Source: Dudresnaya verticillata
Lineage: Eukaryota
Direction: 5' to 3'
NCBI GenBank assembly: GCA_977862235.1
Contig: OZ374559.1
Span: 1,364,001-1,428,000 of the forward strand
Length of the DNA stretch: 64,000 nucleotides
The stretch's first letter is position 1; each line of letters starts with the position of its first letter. Shown piece after piece: positions 44,746 through 57,613 of the stretch. Under the pieces are notes generated by a model. It was not told the origin of the DNA. It did no database searches and saw nothing but the letters and a program-made list of their open reading frames with translations. The position numbers were made by a program, and so were the translations under genes.

Positions 44746-46751
44746 TGCTCCCCAGCTTGTTAAATTAGAATTAGAATTTTTGTCGCAGCTCATCTCGACT
44801 TTGCTCACTTTGCTACTCTTACTTCTCGCTTCGCTCGTTCGCTTCGCTTCTGGCTTCGCTTCTGCATGATAGTCGTGCTAAGTTGCCAGAGCACCATCTC
44901 AACTCTGCATTTTTGTAAATATTGAAGTATAGGCTACTGCGTCGTTGCGAACATAACATCGTAATATTAGTACATCATCTCTACGACAGCCGTTCGAAGA
45001 GCTGTGTTCCGTCGAGAAAATAGTATCCTATGTCTACGTCAACATTTATTTAACAGGAGAGGCAGGAGGGGAAGGATTAGGAAGCTAGAAGTTCAACTTC
45101 GGTCTGGGGGCTCTTGGTGCCGTCCTGCAGCGAGGCCAGCAGCAACACAGCCCAGCCAGAACCCACCTACGACTCAACTGCAACCGCCGCCGGCGCGCGC
45201 GTGTGCTGTGGGTGCCTGTCACAGATGCGTTACAAGCGTTAACCCGCCACAGTATTGTTCCACGGGGTCCGCTGTCCACCACAGTAAGGCATCGACAGTA
45301 AGCATTTCGCATTACACTACTACATTGCCTGCGTTGCAGGCTCGTTGCAACTTCTTGCCGCGCTGTCCCGATGCCGATGCCCGAACCCCGGCGGGGGCCC
45401 TGTGGGCTCGCATAGGCCGCCTGGTCCAACGGGCAGTGGCGTTCTACGCTCGTATAGGCCGACGGCACGAAGCGGCACTGCACTTAGTCAAAAAGCCGTT
45501 CTCACGTAAACTTGCTATTTCCTTTATGCCTATGCAGCCCACCCCCTCCTTAATCATACACCTCCCTCTCTCCCCCTTCCCCTCCCTCTTTCACCCGTCC
45601 CCTGTTATTTCAATAGTTCCCAGGGAGGCGCTACAAGCGAATCTAGAAACCGTTTTATAAAAACTACAATCGTTTAGCCACGGCATGCATTTCCAACGAA
45701 GCAACAATGCGAACGCCACGGAGCGGAACGAACGGCGCGAGATGAGAAGCGCACGGTCGCAAAGACGCACACGAAGGAGCAGACGGGACCGCAAAGACCG
45801 AAAGCCAAGGAGCCGAAGGGAGTGGTGTGTGAGCGCGATGAACGGAGAACCAAGGCACTCGGAACCAGCGCAACACGAAGTTAAAATAACCCCCGCGGCT
45901 CGCACCCCGTCTCCGTGATCCGCGCGTGCAGGCGTCGACGGACGGTGTCGAAGCCCTAGCCTGTTTTAAGTACACGGAATATCTCTCTGATTAGCCAATA
46001 CGAAGGCTCCATCGCTAGGAACTTAAGGCGAGTAGCGCCCGCCACCCTCAGTAAATCAACCCCAAAGCATGGGCTCTGCAGCTGCCTTCCCCCGCGTCTG
46101 ACCCATGAGCTCGTCGCTCAGTGTGATAGAACGGGCGTTGAAGCCCTGTAAGGTGCGACGTGCACACGAGTCCTCTGTTAGGAATGGCAGGCGCACAACC
46201 GCCCGGGTGATACGGCACTATGCCATTGGGGGATTAACTATGACCGCAACATCGCGCCAAGCGCACTGCTGGCGGATGTTTGCACCGCGGCGCCCGACAG
46301 TGACGCCGCGCTCGCCTCGTGGCCTGACCACTCATTCCTATCTAAGGACATATCATAACTTTATTGTACAGTATTAGCTAAGTATTAGCATTAGAGCTCT
46401 AACTGAGCTAGTAGCACCTTTTCGGCGCTCACCGTATTTATGGGGCCCCTGAGTAGCAGGGGCGCGGCACTAAACCACCAGCGGTCTGTGCTTTCGGGTT
46501 TCCCCTTTTTGGAGACTTACAGTGCTACCGCTACAAACCCCCTTGGGCGTCTACAAGCCCCGTCGTCTACGACGAACTGCTCTAGACGGCTGGGTTCGCC
46601 TCCCCTTTTCCACTCTTCTGAGGGCTTTAAGCCCTATCAAGTCTCTACCAAACCCCTTTACCGAGCTACCATCTACGCAGTGGAGTATCTTCTAAGACAA
46701 CTGTCTTGTTGTGTTGTTGTCCTCGTTGACTTAGAAGTCATTCTACTACAG

Positions 46752-46764
46752 TGGTCTCCCGACC
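46752..46764 (+). promoter_or_regulatory. Primer-binding site, possibly tRNA-Tyr
   Basis: TGGTCTCCCGACC lies 1 bp after the LTR. Its complement ...CGGGAGACCA matches my recollection of the yeast tRNA-Tyr 3' end. Confidence 0.65.
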
Positions 46765-47820
46765 TAGAACAAGTTCTCGGGGTCGGACCCTTTTTCTACA
46801 TTACCCTCGACGGGCCAAATCAAGAGATTCAAGACAGGACGTAACGTCCGTTAAAGTCCCAAGTGTGGTGTAGTGAAAACCCACGAACTCCGATACGGAC
46901 AGCAGGCCTGACTTTCCTTAACGGACGAGAGCAACACTACCTCCACGGGGTGGTAGAGCAGTTCGCACCGAAACGGGAGAACAGAGAGCGGCTAACCGAG
47001 ACGGATATTGGGAAGCAACAGACAAGGGCGTGGTACAAGTGCCGGGACGGACTCCGTAACGGTGGTGGTGGTAGACCGCAACGGGCTCGGCGCGGGGAAA
47101 ACCGTAAAGGATTGGGCTAAGGTTGCTTACCCGTTTACCTTAGGAGCCGCTGCGGTGCCGCCCTGATATACAAGTCAGGGTGGCACCGAGCGGTCCGGTC
47201 CGTGGGGGCGAGACCCTAGTGGTCTGGTCCTATGGTGGAATCGGCCCTGCTGGTCCCACTCTCCGACACGGACATGCGCAGCATTCTCATTGGCTGGCGC
47301 GCTACTCTACACACTGTACAGATACTCACTAAAAATAAAGAATAAATACTACAAATACTCCGGTATGGTTGATGCGCTACACTGCTGTACAGCAATGCGT
47401 ACCAGCGTACAGCAATGCGCACAACACCGACACGGATAGAAGTTCACACGTCTCACAACGGTAGAGACCACACTATATGAATTTCCACCGTCTTGGATGC
47501 CGAATCTCACTTCACCACACCAAGACTTGGAACATTCAAGGGTAAAACCCTAGTTGTGTAATTGTCAAGGGTTTCTACGCTTTACATTAAGCTCCGGAGA
47601 GACGTCAAATCTTGTGAGCAAGCAAACTACATTTAACGGTTTTAAACCGTCCCCAGAAGTGTCCCTCAACGGCGGATTGACGCCTGGGTGGAGCCCGCTT
47701 CATCAGGTTTTCCGTGCAACCTGAGAAAACACGTGTAATCCTACGGTTCTGAACCGTCGAGAAGCTTGGGAAGAAGTCCCCGCTACCTCATCGGCAGAGC
47801 CGAGAATAATTGTGGCAATA

Positions 47821-50382
47821 ATGCCAACTTCTAATGGCGATACTACCCGGCCCGGACTATCGAGCCGGGGAGCAAGCCGTACAGGCAGTATTGCCTCCGC
47901 GAGAAATATGGGAAATCGCACCCGTGCGGTGACCACCGCTCTTGCAGGAAACCCCCTAGCGGGTGGCCCGGGACGCCCGCTTCAAGCGACGGGCGCCCCG
48001 GCCGGAAAAGGAGTCCCTGGGCCAAGTGGGAACCAGGTCCCAAAAGGAGAGAACACAGTTCGAACCGCAAGAGGAGTCCCCAGTGACATCGGGGAGAATG
48101 AGGGTTCGAACCTAGATTGTTGCCGCCGTCAATGGCCTTTGCCAGTGTGCAAGCCGAGGACGGACCGGCCCTAGAAGAAGAATTTTTGCCGCCTCCGGAC
48201 GTGGGGATGCCGACAAAAACGAAGTACAATTCGTCAGACGTTCGATGCTTCACCGAGAGAGAAATCGGACGAATGGTCGAGTTGGGATTCGAGCGTTCCT
48301 TGACGACCAGTGTCGTGGCGCTCCTGGAAAGTCAAGCCGATGACACCTTTTTAAAGGTCAAGAGATATATCGACGAGGCGTCGGCGCGCCGTGATGATCG
48401 CCTTTTGGCTAAGTGCCAACAGGAGATGGAACCTCGATTCCGGCAAGGTCCTCTTAGAGGATTAGAAGAAGAGAGGGTCGAAACTCTGCAAGCGCAAATG
48501 GACTCACTAGGTGGCCAATTGGACGCTGTCCATGGAAACCTCCATACGCCGACAAAGTTCACCGACCTAACTCGAGAAGAAACCGTATTGGCTATTGAAG
48601 ACGTTCGACGGATCGTAGAAGACACCAGGTGTTTCGAACAAGACCGAGCTATTGAGCTCCTGAGACAAGAGCTTGAAGCTGAAAAGCGGAAGGTATCGTT
48701 GCTGGAAGCAAAGATGCGACGAATCAGTCGCGAAAGGGATTTAATCCCTGAGGTAGAACGGCGACGCTCTCCCGTACCCCGTGGCACGAGGGACCGTCGC
48801 AGGACGTCTCCAAGACGTGACTCGGATGGGGAGTCTGGACAAGACGACTTTAGTCGTAGGAAGTGCACACACCCCCGGTGTGATTGCCGATCATCGCACG
48901 GTCCCACTGTATGTGATAATACACGGGACTCCCGACAAGACCGGCTTTCAAACCGTAATGATGAGGGCCAGCTTCGAAATGCCTCATACCCAGCGCCAAT
49001 GCAATCGGATGAGGACGAGCCGACATCAAGAGATCTCTCAAGACCCTCCTCGAGCTCCCGGCGAGGACCGCGTCGAGCGGGAATTAAGGAGTTAAATCCG
49101 CGAAACCTGGCGTTCATACAGGTACTTTCGTATCGGAGATACCGATTACTGAATGTCGATTCATACCGTGGGCCCGAGGTAACGGAAGCCACTTCGAAAA
49201 GATCAAGCGGATTAAATCCGTAATGAGGAGTCGGCGATTCGATGGGAGTGACCCAGTTTCCATCATAGGCTTTCTAGCAACCTTGAAGAGACAGTTGGAC
49301 CAAGCCCAAGTGAGCGAAGGAGCGGCCATCCTGGTCATACCTGAATTCCTTGAAAAGGACGCGAAGGACATGTTCGAAGCAAATTTCGACGCGGCCGGAG
49401 ACGACAATTGCGGATTCAATGAGTGGCCCGAGGCCATAAATTATCTCTTGCGGACTTACGCCAAAGACGTTTACATTGAACAGATTTCTTCTGAAATGGA
49501 TACGATGACCCAAGGGTCAGAGGAAAACGAAGTCTCCTTTTCAAGACGTCTACAGAATAAGACGCGAAAGGTCTCGGGAGTCTACTCAGAACAAGACTTG
49601 ATAATGCGTTTTATACGCGGGCTACTACCAGCGGTGAAACCGCTTCTAAGTACGTCCTCTCTGGACCCGCCCTCCGCGTGACTAGTCGACTATGTCGAGT
49701 TAGCGATAGCTCAGGAAGATTCTCACCGCGCCCTAGCGGGTGGTGCTCGTCTCAATAAGGCGAGCTCCTCGCTACCTTGCAAAAACCTGGCACGGGTCAA
49801 GACACACAAGTCTGGAAGAGCGCTTCTTATTCGCCAAAATAGTACTCAACAGTCCTCAGATACCGGTTCCACGAAGAGCAGCAGTTCTGAGGCCGACAGT
49901 GAGGACGCAGTGGTTGCAACCATTGACCAAGAAGCGCCTCCGTCCAGCGTAGCGTAACCCAAGCAGACTCGTGGTCTGCGGCGCTGAGCGACCACCCATA
50001 CCAAGGCGATGTGGACGCAGTACTTCAGAACTACAACCACAGGATAACTGCCTGGGCTCAGCCCACAAGAACACAACGTCCCGGTTGGGTGGCTGTCGAA
50101 GACAGGCCAAATGATATATGCTTCGAGTGTCTGGGCGTGGGCCATAAAAGGCCGAATTGCCCATATCCGGCTCGTACGGATGAACTGTCATTTGAGGTAC
50201 TAAAACGCCAGCAGTTTTATCAACTGTTTCGCGAACAGAAGGCATGGTTAGCCACCATAGGGCGACTATCTGATTTCGCCCCGGGGAATACCCGTAGGGA
50301 ACAACCCGATTATGCGTCGTCAGGCCGTGGAGCAGGGCCCTCGAGGGGGCCTCCTCAAAATTTGGGTCTGCCCCAAGCCTAA
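47821..50382 (+). pseudogene. gag: Gypsy gag, frameshifted
   Basis: ORF pieces 47812..48174, 48117..49223, 49223..49681 (capsid-like FDGSDP..F..GL) and 50011..50382 with the CCHC knuckle CFECLGVGHKRPNC. Confidence 0.85.
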
Positions 50383-50603
50383 ATGGCCATGTCCAATTTC
50401 AAGGGGGATTGAATCATCCAGTGGACACTCCGAGACGGCCGCCGACGGCGCCACGGTCGCCAAGACCAGGCTCCAGAAGCCTTTCGCCGCCTCCACCGCT
50501 TCAGCAGTCGCCTGCTAGTAGGCCGAAAAACTAGCAAGAGGGGAACCGGTTTCGGTCCACTGGGCGACCCCAGTCGTATCGGAACCCCCGATCGCTGCGA
50601 GGA

Positions 50604-53600
50604 ATGCCATTTCCTATGTCCTTCCTCACCCGAACGATCGGTCTCACGGAAACTCCCGCTTCCTCTTCCAAAGAAGATTTTGGCACGCACCGTGGGCTTA
50701 CCCCCGGGTATAAGTATGATGAGTATATTAAGGACCCAGTGTGCGCGCTATCGAGATACAACTATGACGTTGTCGCGTCCGTTGGGACCTCTGTCGAAAA
50801 TTTGACTCGAGTACTTTCAGTCCTGGACTCGGGCGCAGGCCCCAATCTCATCAGAGCTGACGTGCTCTCTTTGGACCACCGGAAGAAGGTTTCCTCGACC
50901 CAGTCGATCGTCAACACCACCTCGGCATCAAGCCACCGCTTACCAAAACTAGGGATAATCTCCCTCGTCGTCAGGATTGGACTCTACACGGTCCGTCAAC
51001 TCTTCGTCGTGGTTTCGGCGCTAGCCGTCGATATGATTCTAGGATGCACCTATATCGATAGCCCCGTCGAACAACTTCGAGTGCGCAAGCAACACGTAGT
51101 CTTACGTGACGGTTCGGTACATCCCATTCTACGACGGCGATGCGGAATCCCGAGAGCCACACGCTCTAGCGAAACCATGGAGTTCCCTCCCCTAGCTACT
51201 TCGCGCCTCGTACGAGTGGCTCGAATCACTAACTTACAGCCCGGTTCTGAAACCTGGGTTGCGGAATCCTGCACCGCACAAGGAACACACTTCTTGGATT
51301 CCTTCCAACGTCTTCACAACCGTCATAAAGTGGTCATCACGAATGGAATCGTCAAGATACAATAGAACGTTCTCTTCCGTGTCAAGATTGCTAACTTCTC
51401 TCACCGAGTGCAACGGTTAACCAAGAACCAAGTGATTGGTCGCGCCGTTCCCGCTCCCACGGCCACACCGGTTTATACTCTTTCCATCGCCGATGTCCCT
51501 GACAATACGGACCCGAAGCCACAGGACTCGAGTCCTCCTGCCGATACATCGTTTGATGTAGGGGGTCAGGGCTAGCTGCTGCTCTTGGCGCGGCAAACTC
51601 GCAATTAGGCGTCAAAACCGCCACTGAGAAGCTCACAGTCGACGACTTGGAATTAGAACACCTATCACCGCCTGACAGACTCCGCGTTCGCAACATGTTT
51701 CGCCCTTTCGCCGACATGTGGAACGGGAAATTAGGGACCACCAAGGTCACGGAGCATCGCATTGAGCTCACAGAAGGTTCCAAACCTGTATTCGCGCAAC
51801 TCTATCGTTCAGGGCCGAAAGCGCGACAAGCGGAGCAGGACGAGGTCGATAAGATGCTCAAAGAAGGATTCATAGAGCCAGCATGCTCTGAATTCGCAAG
51901 TCCAGTGGTACTGGTTAAGAAGCCTGACGGATCCCTCCGGTTCTGTGTCGATTACAGGAAACTGAACGCGATTAAAATCAAGGATTCTTAGCCTCTACCG
52001 TGCATGGATGAGTGCTTGGACTCGTTGGGCGACGCCCAGTATTTTACCACCCTCGATTGCAATTCGGGCTACTGGCAAATACCAGTTGCATCTGAAGATA
52101 AGCCCAAGACAGCGTTTACCTGTCATGCTGGTTGCTTCCAGTTCTGCCGAATGCCATTTGGATTGTGCAACGCACCTGCGAAGTTTCAACGAACGGTTGA
52201 CATTCTATTGTCGGGATACAGATGGAAATCCTGTCTCGTCTATTTGGACGACATAATATTCTTTTCTAAGAGTGTCGACGAACACATAGGCCACGTTCAA
52301 GAGATACTCTCTGTATTGAAGCAAGCAGGCGTATCGCTCAAGCTCAAGAAGTGTAATTTATTTACAAAGACTGTGGACTACCTCGGAAATGTGATCCGAC
52401 CAGGGCTGCTAGAGGTGTCTACCAAAAACACCCACGCTATCGAAGAGTTCAAGGAGCCTACGACTCAGACACAACTAAGGTCGTTTATTGGATTTTGTAA
52501 CGTCTATAGACGCTTCGTACCAAATTTCGCTAGGGTCGCGTCTCCTATTAATAGGCTTCTACAGAAGGATGTTGGGTTCCACTTACTCCCGTTTGATGAA
52601 CGGCGACGCGAAGCCTTCACCCTGTTGAAGAAGGCACTCATAGCGCCACCGATCCTCCGGCTCCCTAAGGAAGATAGACCTCTATCGGTAGATACCGACG
52701 CGTGTGATTATCAGATAGGGTGTGCCCTTATGCAGATGGAGCCAGATGGCACCCGCCACCCGATGGTTTCTGGAGCCGAGGCCTCACGCGGCTGAACGGA
52801 ATTATTCCGTTGGAGAAAAGGATTGTTTCGATGTAGTCTCGGCCACACAAATGCTCAGACCATATTTGGAAAGGTCGCATTTTGACCTCTACACCGACCA
52901 CCAAGCGCTCAAGTGGATGGTGATTATGACTGACGCATCAGGTCGTCTAGCGCGCTGGCGCTTGCGACTCTTGGAGTACGACTTCACGGTTCAATACCGT
53001 AAGGGAAACAAGAACCAGATAGCAGATGCCGCCTCGCGACTGCCCACTTATGGATTCACCAGTTGGGAACCGGATCTAGAGATCCATTGCTTCATTATCG
53101 CCGATAGCGAGCGCGAGGGCTTTCCCGATCGCCCTTCCGAAGGAGGAGCGAGAGCCAACGCCGAGCCGCGACCTTTGGAGGTTTGGGAAGTCGAACCCGG
53201 GGACCAATTAGCCGAGTTTGAATTCGAGGATGAGCAGTTGATAGCCACTGTGGCCGAAAAGGAAGTGGACGAGAAACGTTTATCTCTGATTACGGTGGAA
53301 GAAATACTTCGCACGCAATTGACAGATCCATTCTGCAAGGGAAATAAGCTTGCCATCGAAGCTGGAAAGCCAGGCTGTTACCTCGAAGATAAAAGGGGAC
53401 TTTTAGTCCGACGGTCTTACATCGACAAAACCTTGCAGGTACTGATACCTCGGGTCCGTCAAGAACAGGTTCTACATCTGGCGCACTATCCCGAGATGGT
53501 AGGCCATCCCGGTGGCACCAGAATGTATCATAACTTGCGCCGACAGGTCTACTGGCCTGGTATGGCTCTCGCAGTATCCGCGACCGTTCGAAATTGTGCC

Positions 53601-54331
53601 AAATGCGCTCGGGAACGAGTCCAATTACGACAAAATGCTTCGTATATGAAGCTTTCCCGGCTACGATGTCGTTAGAGTTCGTGGGGATTGACATCCTAGG
53701 ACCGCTACCCCGATCGAGCAAAGGTAACGAGTACCTTCTTGTAATAACCGATCGCTTCTCAAAGCTCACCAGGGCTGTCCCCTTGAAAACGGTAACGGCT
53801 TATACCGTGGCAAGAGCGTTCTGCGAACATTGGGTATACACTTACGGGCCTCCCCGCTATGTTTTATCGGACAACGGTCCGCAGTTCGCATCGCAGTTTT
53901 TCATAGCCGTGTGTGGCATACTCCGGATCAGGAATCTGTTCACGTCTACTTACCATCCACAGACTAATAGACAGACCGAGAGGTTTAATAGAACCTTGTT
54001 AGCCGGGCTGAGACAATTCATCTCCGATTACCAGAAGGATTGGGATGAATTCACGTCGGCTTTGAAGTACGCGTATAACACGACCGTTCACCGCGCGACG
54101 AGTCTCGCGCCAGTTGATTTGGTTTTATCTAACCCTTCAACGTCCATTCTAATGGAAAAGGCCGAGACCGTAGACGTTGACAACGTTCCAGCGACTAACG
54201 TGAAGAAACGACTGACTACCCGGGTCGAGAAGCTGATGGATACAGCGTTACCCGCGGCACGGAGCCCCCACAGTGGCACCAGACTACAGTGGCTCCTACA
54301 AGGAGTACGACGCGCACTTGCGTCATGGTGA
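50604..54331 (+). pseudogene. pol: Gypsy pol (PR, RT, RNase H, integrase), disrupted
   Basis: LDSGAG; LRFCVDYRKLN; MPFGLCNAP; VYLDDI; DTDACD; YTDHQAL; H..GHPG..CAKC; GIDILGPLP..SDNGPQF..TERFN. Confidence 0.93.
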
Positions 54332-54814
54332 CGAAAGTACTGCGCGCTCAAGGTGCTAAGCTAAGAACAGGTCGGGTCAAAGCCGGAGGAGATTCAACAA
54401 GAAGAATTACTTTACGTTAGCGGATAAGCCGCTCTTGCCCAAGTAAGGCGGATCACGGGACGGGAGCCTAAGGCGCATAAGGGAGCAAGGTATTGGAGCA
54501 AACGTAATCGCTTAATCGGACAATAGGCCGATGAACTCGTCCTCCTCAAGCGGAGGGTTAGGCTGCGGGGCCGAGTGGGATACCACGACGCGACGGACTT
54601 CGCGCACAACGCGACGTCCTCGACCAATTCGACGACTACCGCGTTCACAGTGCGATTCCACGTTACTATCACCGCGGCTTCCCGCTCTCGGCTGGTCGAT
54701 TTCCATCGCATCCACACCTTGAGCAGTCGCGGAAACTCCGGGCTCCACTTCTCCTCTTCTTTGACGACTAGCTCCGTCTTCACGACGACGTCGTCCCTAT
54801 CAACTGGATCAATC

Positions 54815-56509
54815 GAGATAACTTGAATAGTTTTAGAAAACTTGGGGAACTTGGGGCAGTGCTGTTAGTGCTACAGTGTCGATGCCCCGAGGGTAATAGT
54901 CGTGTTAAGCAGAGCAGTGCAGCTCACACAGCGAAGACGTGACGACGAAACTGAGAAATGTGTCGAACACGTCGGTAATATAATACAGTCACAAGCGGAG
55001 CACACTTTGCCAAGTAGCTCCCACGCTTGGAGTAATGAAACTCTCAGGTGATGATGGGATCACCTCGACTGAAGAAGAAAAGTTGAAACTTGAAGTTGAA
55101 AAGTTGATTCTTGATAGTTGAACGTCTTTTTGACGCGGGATGTTCTGGCACCAGGTTCTACCTAGTCACCCCTAGGAGTCGGACTCCTGGCCCTCGGATA
55201 TGATTCTCCGGGTGAAATGCGTCTTTCAGCAGCCCTTTCGTGTCGTGCGCACACAGACACGAAGTATGTAATCCTTACGAGACGTCCACCTTATGGGTAC
55301 TAACTCAAAACGAGTGTTCACCACACGAACAGGTCCAGTCTCTTGCAGGAATGGAACTAGGCCCAACCGTGTCAAGGTTCTGGATCTTACTGGAGGCTGC
55401 TCCCCTAGGCCAACGAGGTCCTGACTTAACGAGAGTCACCACGCACAACACTCAACCTCTCAGCAAGCTCACGGACCAAGACAACAGCGGACGAGAACCT
55501 CGAGAACTCTCTCACAAAATCAGAGACACAAGCCGACACAGTGGGATAGGGACCACTTTCAACAGACAACAAGCAGACAGGACAGGACACAAGCCGACAG
55601 GACAGGACACAAGCAGACAGGACAGGCCAGGACGGGACAGGACAGTATCAAGAATGAAAAGAAAAAGGAAGAAGGTTGCAGCGAAGCGATGAAGTCTGCG
55701 TAGGTCGACCTTCTGGGCCCATAACCTGAAAAGGAATATGAAGAGGTTGGAGTTGAACAAGATGAGAAATGGAAGTCGCTTGACTTCGTTTACTGCAGTC
55801 GACCATCCGACAAGGCTTATATCAGATTTTCGGATGAGTTGCTGCGTGAACACAAACAAAACAAATCATTAAAGAAGCGCCCAAAATCCCTATCATCAAA
55901 TGGGCGGGGAAAAGTAAAGCAATCAAATCTACCAAATCATACTCTCAGCACACTCACATCCGCCACCAAAATGGGCGGGAACTTGCACACCAGTGTTGCT
56001 AACTGCTGACATCAGCAATCCCTCTTGCGACCGCATTTCCTGCCATTCATATGTACTCCAACTTTGGGCGGGAACTCGAAAGTATCGAGTGTCCCCGCAT
56101 GGCTGCTGTCGGACAACACTGCACACCACGTGGCCGCACTTACGAGCTGAAGTCCGTCCATGAATATCCAACTTGGATCATTGACCACGTAATCACCCAG
56201 ATTTGCCTACGTGGCAGCTGTAAACCAACGTGTCGGCCGCACAACAGCTACGTGCCCACTGTAAACCAACGTGTCGGCCGCACGACAACTGCATCTGCTG
56301 ATATCACAAGCCAGGCTCCACGTAGCGCAAGTCCCTGCAGTACCAACAAAGACGCCATCAGCACATTGCATGGCACGTTCATATGTACTTGTGGAGTACA
56401 GTGCGCGTCATACCAGTACCATTCCATGCCATACCACGTGCATCCATGTGGTCCAATCAGATCGTTCCACTTGGCCGTTCCTGTTATAACCGCCAATTCC
56501 AGCACAACA
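54815..56509 (-). mobile_element. Inverted 5' fragment of the Copia element (LTR 56509-55727, PBS, 5' leader), ending just before gag
   Basis: Reverse complement of 56776-58511. TGTTGTGC start at 56509; PBS at 55713-55726. Confidence 0.92.
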
Positions 56510-57599
56510 CTTGTAAGCCATATAGACCATGGAGGCGGTTTGTAAAAACCAATCAGAAGCCCGTTTCACGTTGCTTTTGCAAAAGGCCTAAATGCGCCGT
56601 GATTTCGGAAGCCCGGAAAAAGGGCTGTCGTCTCCGGAAGGTTTGGTGAAAGCGTGCCAGGGTACCATCTGGGGTACCTGACCCGTGACGTGAGGCGCTA
56701 GCCACCATGTCCTCAACACTCCTCCTCGATGGCTCCTCCAAGTCCAATGTTGAGGACATGGTCGCTGGCGCCTCACGTTGTGCTGGAATTGGCGGTTATA
56801 ACAGGAACGGCCAAGTGGAACGATCTGATTGGACCACATGGATGCACGTGGTATGGCATGGAATGGTACTGGTATGACGCGCACTGTACTCCACAAGTAC
56901 ATATGAACGTGCCATGCAATGTGCTGATGGCGTCTGAGTTGGTACTGCAGGGACTTGCGCTACGTGGAGCCTGGCTTGTGATATCAGCAGATGCAGTTGT
57001 CGTGCGGCCGACACGTCGGTTTACAGTTGGCACGTAGCTGTCGTGCGGCCGACACGTTGGTTTACAGCTGCCACGTAGCTGTCGTGCGGCCGACACGTTG
57101 GTTTACAGCTGCCACGTAGGCAAATCTGGGTGATTACGTGGTCAATGATCCAAGTTGGATATTCATGGACGGACTTCAGCTCGTAAGTGCGGCCACGTGG
57201 TGTGCAGTGTTGTCCGACAGCAGCCATGCGGGGACACTCGATACTTTCACGTTCCCGCCCAAAGTTGGAGTACATATGAATGGCAGGAAATGCGGTCGCA
57301 AGAGGGATTGCTGATGTCAGCAGTTAGCAACACTGGTGTGCAAGTTCCCGCCCATTTTGGTGGCGGATGTGAGTGTGCTGAGAGTATGATTTGGTAGATT
57401 TGATTGCTTTACTTTTTCCCGCCCATTTGATGATAGGGATTTTGGGCGTATCTTCAATGACTTGTTTTGTTTGTGTTCACGGAGCAACTCATCCGAAAAT
57501 CTGATATAAGCCTTGTCGGATGGTCGACTGCAGTAAACGAAGTCAAGCGACTTCCATTTCTCATCTTGTTCAACTCCAACCTCTTCATATTCCTTTTCA

Positions 57600-57613
57600 G
57601 GTTATGGGCCCAG
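57600..57613 (+). promoter_or_regulatory. Copia-type PBS for internal (half-molecule) tRNAi-Met priming
   Basis: GGTTATGGGCCCAG directly follows the LTR's CA. This is the motif known from Drosophila copia-like elements that prime from the tRNAi-Met anticodon region. Confidence 0.75.

Larger units (their letters stand above)
46338..54814 (+). mobile_element. 3'-truncated Ty3/Gypsy retrotransposon (5' LTR start unresolved, probably further upstream)
   Basis: LTR ends CTACTACA at 46750 (homologous to 4487-4899), followed by a PBS and gag-PR-RT-RH-IN. No 3' LTR; it abuts Copia sequence at 54815. Confidence 0.9.

Noticed and set aside
39487..44760. Helitron (because of Pif1 and nearby Ulp1)
   Set aside because: I could not see an HUH Rep motif upstream of the helicase or a convincing hairpin+CTRR 3' end.
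56995..57120. CRISPR-like array
   Set aside because: These are short tandem repeats within a Copia LTR with no unique spacers and no cas genes.
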